Shown here in pieces: positions 50,901-61,645 of a stretch of 64,000 nt of DNA. Under the pieces are notes generated by a model. That model was not told the DNA's origin. It did no database searches and was given only the letters and a program-made list of their open reading frames with translations. A program made the translations under genes and the position numbers. The stretch covers positions 3,342,768 to 3,406,767 of the forward strand of contig CAJINV010000009.1 in the NCBI GenBank assembly GCA_905178155.1, given 5' to 3'. The stretch comes from Amoebophrya sp. A120 (taxonomy: Eukaryota > Protista > Dinoflagellata). Positions within the stretch are counted from its first letter, which is position 1. Every line of letters starts with the position of its first letter.

Positions 50901-53900
50901 GCATCAAGACGGCTCGTCGCCCACAGAGCTGTGGACGCGAAGAGCAGCAGCCCAATAAGGGGAGACAAGGAATCACGACATGCAGCGAAGACGTCGAAAC
51001 CAAAAGAAGCCAGGTCGTACAACCACGACCGCCCTCCTCTGCAAGACCACGCTTTGGTGAAAAACATCAACGAAAATTTCCTTCTGGATTTTGACGGCGA
51101 GGTTAAGTTCGGAACACCAGCAGGTGATAGCAAAAATTATCCGCATGAAGACAAACACTTCGAGGAAGACTTCCAAAGGTACGACTCTCCCGTGCACTTC
51201 GAGTTCTACAGCGCGCTGATCGAAACGCATCGGGAATTGCGGAGTCTTATGGGAGTGTCAGGATCGAAATTGACAAAATCGAAAAATTTGTAATGCATAA
51301 AATGTAGGGCGCGTATGGCCTGTATTGGGGAGCAGGCAAATGAGACCGATTGCAAGCCTGTTTAGGGAAGGCGATGCGCTGCCGGAGTAGCATGACAGGA
51401 GCAGTCTTCTTTGCCAAAACAGCATGACAGGCTGGATTTTGTTGCTCCCGAAATTTATCATGCACCACTTGGAAACTGAGGCTCCAACTGGTGTCGAATT
51501 TATGCATCACAAATTATTTCGATTTTGTTGATTTCGATTCTGACGCTTCCATAAGTCTGGGGGAGAGGCGCGACAAGGATGAAGAGAACAAATTCCTGAG
51601 AAATAATAAAGCGGAAGGTCATACTATCAGCAGTAAATGGGCACCGAAACTGGAGGAAAAGACTACAAAGCGACTGCTTGAGGAGGCGGAGGAGAAGGTG
51701 GAAAGTGAAAAATTGGAGAGAAATAATCGGAGAAATCAACTCTTCGAAAAGTTCACACCCATTCTCCACCTCAAACTGCGAAGTAGGACGCGAACAAAGA
51801 CGAGAAGGTTGAAAAAAGAGAGCGGAAGTAGAATAAGTGGCTCTTCGAAACAAGCACAAGCAGTTGCAGGGAAAAACATCAAGAACCTCGAGCAGTACGT
51901 CAATAGCCTGACCATGGTCTTTGACCCGATCAGTGAGCAACAGAAGCAGCTGCAGGCTGAAGCAGGAGGATCCGCGTCGGTGAAGAGAAGATTGGACAAT
52001 GAGAATGAGCTGTATAGAAGTGATACCACCGAGGCAGCAGGCGGGCATCAAAATGAGCGAGCAATAGTACCAACTAGGACAGCTGGCACAACATCACACG
52101 ACCCACTCCAAGCAGCACAAGCAATTCCTCCTCCCGGTCTCCTACAGCTTCGCGCTCTCGACCAGCACATCGGGACCACCCCGGCGTACACGCTCTGGCC
52201 CGAGAATTTCTATCTCGACGGTTGCGAGAAGATTTCCTACATGCCGTTTGACGAATTCCAGTGCGCCGAATACTTGGAGAACCGCGCGTTTTGCGAGTGC
52301 GTCATCCCCCAACTGCAGAACGTAGACTTGCAGTTAGACGGCAACTGCTACGCGGAATACGAACGGTACTTTCTCTTCGGCAGACGCGGATTAGCCGAAG
52401 CGGTTCTGTCCGACGTGTGCGCGAACAGCCTCCGGTCGTTCATCGTGCAGATCCGGGATTTCCCGCAATGTTCCGTTGCGGACTTACCGAACGACCAGGA
52501 GATGCCGTATACGCCCTTCGCAATCGAAATGGCCGCCACGAAGGGGATCGAGGATGCAAACGTGGTGGGGAACATTCAGTACAATCAAATGCTGGAACTG
52601 GCGAAGCAACTGCGAACGGAGAGGCCATATGCATTGCAAATATGTCTGGGTCTGGAAACTTGTAATGCTAGTTTGCGAACGATGGGTGTACTGCAATACG
52701 CAGCCACGCATGACAAGTTTCTGGGCTCCTTTGTGTTTCGCTTTCCGCATGGCAAGCTGCACTTTTGCATGACAGGCAACAGGCTTTTTTCCTGCTCACG
52801 CATGGCAGATTCAACTGCCATGTGAGACAAGCATGACAAACCTGCACTCTTCCCGACCCAGACATTTTTGCAATGCATAGGCCAAGTTGTCCCTGGCTAC
52901 AAGATAGTGGGGAGTCCTTGATTATGGAGTGCATGGACCGGTTCCGCTGCCACGTGCAGTACGACGGCTGGGGCTGCTGTATCAAGTCCTACCGCTTCGC
53001 CATCGCCCAGCCGTGGCACTACGTGGAGGCCTACCACAGCGACCCGAATTTGTGTTGCGTTATCGCAAGAAAAAAGTGCTACAGTTACACATTGTGTTGC
53101 AGGCCAAGCAAGACAGACAAGCTCTGTCATGCCGGATATGCATAGGAGCTTCGTTTCCTAGGTGTTTTCCCGTAGGATTTCTGCATTATCTCATGCAGAG
53201 AAATTTGTGTTGCTGAATTGACTACAAATGTGTCACTGTAACACTTTTTTCGTGGGATATGCGTCCACAACGAAACGGTGAATGCGCAGGGGGAAATCGT
53301 GACGATCTTCGAGCGCCCGATTCCCAGTACGAGACCGGTTGGGAACCGCAGGTGTCCGCCCGAAGCGCCGCAGATGTGCAACGAGTTGTCCTCCGGGGGT
53401 GCGGGGGACTTCATCTGCCGAGCCGAGTGTCCTATCAAAGGCAAATATGTCTGGGTCTGGAAATTTGTGATGCTGGGTGGCGTATCATGATGAGGCCACA
53501 AGTGCTGGCCCGGCATGACATGTTTTGGAGTCTCTAGGTGTTGCCTATTCTGCATGACAGACTGCGTTTCTGCATGACAGAAAAGCGAGGCTCTTGGGCA
53601 ACGTGCATGACAGATTTAAGAGTCATGCCAGACAAGCATGACAAACATGCATTCTTCCAGACCCAGACACTTTTGCATTTGATATGTCCGAAAAAGCGTT
53701 CTTGCTCGCCGATCTTATTCCCGGAGCCTCTGTTGATGACGGCGACGAATGACACGAAACCTTACCCGCTGATGGAGTACCAGGGGAACGGCTGTTGCGT
53801 GTACGATGACATTATGCAATACAAATTTCTATTTCCCGTACATGATTTACAAGATGCATCTTCACAAAGTTCACCAACTTGGAACGTAAAACTTGTCATG

Positions 53901-56900
53901 CTAAACTAGGATCGAGGCCAAGTTTTGTCATGCGGACACCGCATTTGTACGTGTACGGGAAATTATTTACTGTGGATAGACATGTACGAAATCGCGATCA
54001 GTACCACGTCCAAAGTCGCCTGTCTCTTCCTCTGCGACATTGACCCCGATTGCCTCGGGGCGACGGTCTCCGCGGGGAATAACGCAAACCTATCAAATGT
54101 AAAAATGTCTGGGTCTGGAAACTTGTGATGTTAAAATGTGACTGGTGGACGGACTGCAATACGCAGCCAAGCATGACAAATTTTTCAATTACTGCTGTGC
54201 TTCGTTTTCCGCATGGCAAGCTGCGTTTTTGCATGACAGGCAAGAGGCCATTTTCCTGCTCATGCATTACAGATTTATGAGTCATGCCAGACAAGCATGA
54301 CAAACTTGCATTCTTCCAGACCCAGACATATTTGCAATCAATAAAACCCTTGCCGGCACCACTTACTCGACCCTTTGCGACGGAAGAAGTTGACCGGTTT
54401 TCGGCTCGGTTGTCAACCAAGTTATGCATGGCAAAAGTATCATATACTCGTAGTGCTGCATTACAAATTTTCTCAGCATTACAAACCCAAGGAAGTTGTA
54501 GTGCTGATTTAAGTCGAGAAAAACATTGCAATTGCTAGCCACTTACGAAGATACTTTTGCAATTCATACGAGTCTGTCCGCAGCGAGCTTAGAGCGGTCG
54601 GACCAGGATTGCTGGCTGAAGAAGATCATTTTAACTGTATTACAATGAAAAATGCCCCAACCCCCGAACTTGGGAGCATTTGTATTGCAAACCTTTCCAA
54701 GTGAAACGCTCGCCCTCTTGCATCTATCAACATCACAGATTTCCAATCATGATGAATAGCGAAAATTTGTATTGCAAAAGATCCCAGCAAGCGCGGCGCT
54801 TGTGATGCAAGCAATGCTATATACGCCTAGACTTTGCATCACAAAGATTCATATTCCTTTCATGCATGCATTACAAAAACCTTTCATTTGGAAACTTCGC
54901 ATCACAACTTAGTGCAACTTTGGGGGTGGGGGCGCTTTTCACTGTAATAAACTGAGTCACCAACAGAGGACCGGGAGGAGACCGACGTGATTCTGTATTT
55001 GATGATCGCCTTGGGCATCGTCGTTGGGGTAGCCGCCGCCGCGGGGCTGGCGGTGGTCGTTCGGTTTGGATTGTTGGAGTTGGAGAGGCGGAAACGGTAT
55101 GCATTGCAAATATGTCTGGGTCTGGAAGGATGGAACTCGTCATGCTGCGTCTCGAGGACAAAGAAATCTGTGTTGCAGGAACGCCAAAAGCTGCCTAATT
55201 CTTGCTAGGCAGAAGGCTGGCTCTCATGCGGAATAGGCACGAGGAAGGTTTGACGCAGAATTTGTCATGCTTTTGTGTGCCTGCCAGGAGACCATGCGTG
55301 TGGTCCGCGAGATGCATGACAAATCTCACACTCCTCCAGACCCAGACATATTCGCATTTGATAAACGGGAAAAGAGGAAGAGAAAAGTCGACCCGACGAA
55401 GTACGAAATGGAATTCGCGGCGGAAGGCGACGATCGGATATCGTGTGCAAAAGTATCGTACTCGTATTGCAATCATGCATTACAAATCTTTTTCTTAAGG
55501 TAAATCCGCATTACAAATTTTCTTTCTCATGCAGAGGAAATTTGTAATGCATTAATACGAGTACGATACTTGTGCAGTTCATATCGGAAGATCTTGGAAA
55601 ACCTGAAACAGCCGAAGACGGAGGAGGAAAAGTTGATGGTATCCTTTGCAAAACGGTGCCCACCCCATAGTCAAGCTGGTAATTCTGCAACACAAATCTC
55701 CAAGTTTTGGGAGTTGTGCACGACAAGTTTCCCTCTGCAATGTAGTTCTGGTAGCAAGAGAAGCCGCATGAGAAAGCCGTTGCGTCATCCTGTTTACAGC
55801 ATTACAAATTCCAAAACACGACTGGAAATGCCTTTGTTTCATGGAGCTGCGCATTACAAATGTTCCTGTCGTTGCGCATTTGCGTGACAACATTGGGGTG
55901 GGGAAGTTTTTACATAGGATAGATGGCGTTGGCAAAGATTGGGAAAGTGGTCCGCGCCGGGCAGAAGCTGGATTTCGCAAAGGATTTCGACCGCATTGAG
56001 AAGAAAGCGACAATTGACGCACCGAAACTGGAGAAGAAGATTGACCCCTTGTTAGACGACGACGACGACGCGATCTCCGATATGCAGATCGGCGAGGTGC
56101 AGGCGGCGGACGCGAAAAACTGGCGGGAACAGGACGACTTCAGGAAGATGCGGAGGTTGAAAAAGCGCGCGAGGAAAGCGGGGCTGAAACTCGATCGGTA
56201 TCTATCTTTACGGCAGCTGCAAGCGAGTAAGGGTTTGCGAGACCCGCGGACCATTAGATCCTTAACCATGCATATCAACTGCAAAAATGTCTAGGTCTGA
56301 AAACTTGTAATGCTGCGTTGGGAATAGTGAATGCTCTGTAATGCGCAGGCAAGCATGAGAAATGTCTGCGCTTCTTTGTGTTGCGTCTTTCGCATGACAA
56401 ACTGCGTTTTTGCATGACAGGCAAAAAGGGTCTCTTCTTGGACACGCATCACAAACTTTTTGGCCATGCCAGACAAGCATGACAAGTCTCGCAATCGTCC
56501 AGACCCAGATATTTTTGCATTTGATAATGCAGGAAAACGGGGAATTCACCATGAATGACGCGGACCGACCGTGGAAGGAGTCCAACGACGGGGCGCGCTA
56601 CATGGCGACGGATCGGAATAAGATGATCAAGGTGGGAGATGACGAGCACGGCGATTTCGATCTGAGCAAAATGGGCGTGGACACCAGCAAATTGGTGGGG
56701 ACGGGCCGGATCTCCTTCCTGGAAGACACGGAAACTGTGCCGGCTTACGCGCTAGAAGGAGGGCAAGGGCAAGATATCAAATGCAAATATGTCTGGGTCT
56801 GGAAGAGTCGGGGCTTGTCATGCACATTTTGCATCACCGGTGAGGTCTGCGATGCTGGTGCTAGCATCACAGATTTTTTGAGAGCTTCTTGATGCTAATC

Positions 56901-59900
56901 ACGCATGAGAAATGCCCTCTCCGCGTGCCAAGAACTGACTCCTCTTGCTGCTCCTGCAACATAGATACTTTTAGAATTCACAGACAGCATTACAAGTTGC
57001 ATTCTTCCAGACCCAGACATATTTGCATTTGATACAAGACTCCTTGACGCAACTCGACGCGGACTCGACCATGGACTTGCAAAAGAAATTGCACTACGCA
57101 TTGCAAAAGTACCGTACTCGTACTAATCACAGTCACGCAAGACAAATCTTTTCTGTAAGCCAAAACCCCATGACAAATTCCTTCTGTCATGTTGTGCTAG
57201 TTTGTATTGCAGGCACTACTAGAACAAGTACTATGCTTTTGCAATGCATAGGCAGCAGCCGGGGGCGAGCGTTACCGCCGAGGAGCGGGCACGACAGCTG
57301 TTGTCCGGCGATGTTACCGCGGGCGACTTTGTCGATCTGGAAGATTCCATGATGGACGACAGCTTCATAGAAGAGAGGAAAAAAGTCATGATCGACAAGT
57401 TCGCGCCGGTCAGCGACAAGAAGGGGGAGGTATAGTCGAGACTTTTGAATTCCGATGTTTTTTTGCGTTATTTTTCATCAAGCACTGCAAAGCCAAAGAT
57501 AAAGAAACAGAGGATCATGTAGGTTTTCGTTTTGCATGAAAAAAACCTCCCTCGTCGTCTCGATGCATATGTTAGTTTACATTTCAACCCAATTCACCTT
57601 GTCAGCTCCTGATGCGGCAGATCCAGCCGAAGAAAGGCCCGGCAAAGGAAACCATTCCGCAATCCCCGAAGCGCGAGAAGAAGTTTCCGGCGGTATCACA
57701 AGGAAAAATCCCCCCTCCCCATATCGAAAGGAAGTTTCTGATGCTGGAATTGCGTATACAAATCAGGTTTGTCTTGCAGTAGAGGACTGCAGGCTCCTGC
57801 CAAGCCTGAGTAGAGTGCTTTGGCCTAGGCGCTTAGCATGAGAAACGACTATGCTGTAGGAGCAACAGCATCACAAACCGCCTGCATAATGCGGCAGAGC
57901 CTGTGGAGTTGTGTTCTTGCAAGACAGACATGATTCGTGGTCTCAAATCAGCAAGATTTGGGGTTGAGAGTTCGGCGTGTTGGGGGTGAGGGACCCCCGA
58001 CGGCTGGCCTACGGATATTAGGTGGAACTAAGGCTCAAATCAGCAAGACAAATTTTCGGATACATACCTTTTCGATATGGGGAGGGGGGATTTTTCCTCT
58101 CAATAGGCGGGGACAGATTTAACCACGCAGCCGACGGAATTCAACCCGATGTCCCTCGAAGCGACGGATCCAAAACGGTCAATGGCAAGCTTTTCGGTCG
58201 AGCCAAAATCACCCCAGTCGCAGCGGATAAAATACAAAGAAGAATTCGAAAAAGAAGCAGCGGAGGAGGATTACTACGACCCGATAGAAAAATACCCGTC
58301 TTTAATATGAAATGCAAAAGCATCGTACTAGTATAAATCGCATCACAAATTTCCTCAGCATGAAAAATAAAATTTGTAATGCGGATTTCGCTTGAGCAAG
58401 AAACTTTTAATGCATGTTTGCAATTACTACGAGTACGATATTTTTGCACAGGATATTTAATCATCTCCGTGGATTTGTTCAAGGGGCACGGGGGAAGTTT
58501 AGGGTTGAAATTCGAAGTATCAAATGCAAAAATGTCTGGGTCTGGAAGAATGCAAGTTTGTCATGCTTGTCTGGCATGACTCGAGAATCTATGTTGCATA
58601 GGCACGAACGAGCCCTCTTAACTGTCAAGCGAAAAGGCAGTTTGCCATGCGAAATACGTAAGACATGGCAGCCACTAGATTTGTCATGCATAGCTGCGTA
58701 TTGCGGCGCGTCTACGATTCACTTTTAGCATTACTAGTCTCCAGACCCAGACATATTTGCAATCCATACGAAGACACGGATGTGAACCCAAATTCCACCA
58801 GAGTAATCGGCTTTCACGACCCGGTGCAGAAGCGTTGGGGTTGGCGAATCGGGGACGAGATCGTCGCGATTTTGCAGAGTAGAAGAGCGGGGGATAAAGC
58901 GTGGTTCCCGATCGAGAATTTCGACCAGCTTTACAAAAGGTATAGAAAAGTAGTTTACGATGGTTTGTGGCTTTTACTTTTTGTGATCGATGCATTGCTC
59001 CTCACAACATGCAGTGTTCCATTTGGGATGCGTGACTACTTCCTAATCAAGAAAGATGCTCATACCACTCACCGACATCAAAAATACTTCTATCAGGTTC
59101 ACGACTATTATGGAGAGAAAAAAGTGTGTCACAGTCACTAAGTTGCAGGTTTTGCATCACAAATTTTTTTAGCATCGCAACTTCTCCTTGTATTGCAGAA
59201 ACACTAGGGAAATCCCTTATGAAGTGTGGCTGTGATGCATTTTTACGCATGACAGACAATTTTGTGTTGCAAAAATGCCCATGAGTGATCGTGACGAACT
59301 TTTTTCTTTTGATAACCATCAAGGAGACGTGGCAGGAGTTCCAGGAAAACAAGCGGATTTACTTCGGTTATCAAAAGGAAAAATCTCCCCTCCCCATATC
59401 GAAAAGGAAATTTGTGATGCTGGATTTGCGTACGCAAATCGGATTTGCCTTGCAGTAATGGACTGCAGGCATATGCCAACCCTGGGCAGCGAGGTTTTGA
59501 CATAGGCGCCTAGCATTACAAACATCCACGGCGTAGGCCCAACAGCATCGCAAACCGCCTGCATAATGTGGCGGAGCCTGTGGCGTTGCCTTCTTGCAAC
59601 ACAGAGACGATTTGTGGTCACAATTCAGCATTGCAGCTTTTCTATGGTTTCCTTTTCGATATGGGGAGGGGGGATTTTTCCTTACGATATCGGTGTCTAC
59701 CGCCCCAACATCCCGAAGGGGGAAAAATACCCGCCCCTGCCGATGAAACTCCATATGATCACGGCACGGTATTTGGACGACCGCGGGTCCGATTTCGACG
59801 ACAGCTCAGAGGATGAGTACTGGCAGTTGACGGACGATATCAACGTGAAGAAGAAGCGAAAAACTTTGCCACGTGCGGACTGGCTGCGATACTGCGCGTG

Positions 59901-60490
59901 GAAATTCAACATCGAGAAAGAGAACCAAGCGGTGGTGGAGTACCAGCGCAGAATGCAGAAGAGATTGGATATCGAGGCTGGGGAGGGGAAATTCTTCCAG
60001 GACCCAGCGAATTTGGCGGACTTTCAAGAGGTATTTGATACGGGTTTAGACTTCAAGGGTGTGTAATTCTCATTCGGATGTTCGCATGACAAGTCGTGCT
60101 TCTGAGTGTACTTACGCAATGCAAACTACGACTTTATCATTTGTTATCTATCAGGTCGTCAACGTACTCGACGAATATGGTCGTTCCACCTACCACACCA
60201 TCCCCCGGGGAATTGACGTGCACTTGGAGAAGCAGCGGAAGATTGACAAGGAGAAAAATGCGGAAAAGCAGAAGAAATTGAAACAACGGGTAAAGAACAA
60301 GGACCAGATTCTACCGAGCAACGAGTCCGCGGACTTCCGGACGTGGCCAAATCCGGAGGCGGGAAAGGATATCACGCTGAAGTACGATTGGCCGGGAGAA
60401 ACGACGGGGTATTTGATGGTGTCGGAAGGGTACGACGTGGGCACGCATCCGATTGGCATGTACGACGACTTTCACGCCGGGTCGCCGTAG
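47925..60490 (+). CDS. Large membrane protein, ~2017 aa: Cys-rich ectodomain with a PAN/Apple-like module, a TM helix and a cytoplasmic PDZ-like domain
   Basis: 28 exons: 47925-48819, 49114-49200, 49489-49539, 49794-50024, 50293-50342, 50610-51247, 51559-52627, 52885-53060, 53265-53432, 53690-53812, 53984-54090, 54349-54422, 54574-54637, 54955-55097, 55369-55438, 55589-55639, 55927-56272, 56532-56774, 57040-57094, 57256-57429, 57606-57693, 58111-58305, 58461-58517, 58774-58939, 59097-59108, 59320-59368, 59695-60030, 60155-60490 (6054 nt, in frame). PAN-like SKVACLFLCDIDPDCLG...DCWLK, TM VILYLMIALGIVVGVAAAAGLAVVV, PDZ-like GGSLGLKF...GWRIGDEIVAI. Start codon uncertain. Confidence 0.75.
57957..58033. 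mobile_element. 77-bp G-rich insertion with a 15-bp target duplication inside a family-B introner
   Basis: CTCAAATCAGCAAGA at 57942-57956 and 58034-58048. The sibling element 35868-36188 has the empty site. Confidence 0.75.
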
Positions 60491-61645
60491 GTGGTTGTTC
60501 GTTGTGGGGTAAGTCATCTTGAAGTTGAATTTTACTATTACGTTTTGAAGATCCCTTGCAGCAGGACTTAGCGATTGCGATTTTACGATTAAAGTTATAC
60601 AGCAGAACTGAATTTGTGAACGAAGCGAATTTGACGCCGATTCTGATTGTGATTGCGATTTTATGACAGAACTGACCCAACGTGGTGGGCACTTGTTACG
60701 CTGGAAAAAAATCACGATTCTATGAGGTAGAAGCAAAGCATTAACACTCAGTTTCGTTCAAATTGACTGTTAGTTGATTGTCCGTCCGGACACAGGTGTT
60801 GTTCGTTAGAAGTGCGAGTAGAACAAGAAAGATTTCTTGGCGTTGAGAGCAGATGACTTCGACGTTGGCTACTGTGAATCTAATCACAAGATAGAACAAG
60901 AAGTAAACGAAAAATGTCGGTCAGCGCAATACAGAAAAGAACCCTCATCTGTTTTCCAACTCGACACGTAACTTCGGTTTTCGTCCACTCTTTGCTCGTT
61001 TGCAGCATGTCTCGTACAAAACGAAAACCCTGCCACCACCTCGCATGACGTCGATGCGAGGTGGCGACAGGCCGGCGGCGGTGGTCTCACTGGGAGGTGC
61101 TGGCTTCGGATAATATCCTGTACTACTTTCCGTTTGCGTTTCCCTGCCGCTCCTACTGGGGGACAACGATGATGATGTTCAACTTGATTCATCCCAGGCG
61201 ATCCCAGTTCTACATTTCCGTATCCCGGGTCGTCCATCTTGTTTACTTTCTACGTATCGAATTTCTTCTCCAAGTATTTCAATTTCTATTTCAGTCCAAC
61301 CTCTACACCTTCCTAAGGAAGTGGTTCTCTCTGGTGCTAGGTTTTGGTACTTGGTACTACGAACGTATAGTACTTATGTCCGCGTAAGCAACTACTTGCG
61401 CAACACTAAGAGCGATAGCATAAGAAGCAATCTTTCAATGTCAATTTGAGCACACCATCACCAACGTAGGTCGACGCAGAGCACGACTGAAAGACCCTTA
61501 AAAAAGAGTAAACAGTATTTTTTGGAAATCTTCTTTTCAACATCATCGATGTTAAAATTTCATCTCGTCTTTTTGTCAACATACAATTTGTATTGCTAGA
61601 GTCGCTATTACGTACTCTAGCACCTCCAGAACAAAAATAAATAAA

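Noticed and set aside
61061-61387. Hydrophobic ORF as a gene
   Set aside because: Non-ATG start, no motif, and no consistent exon model.
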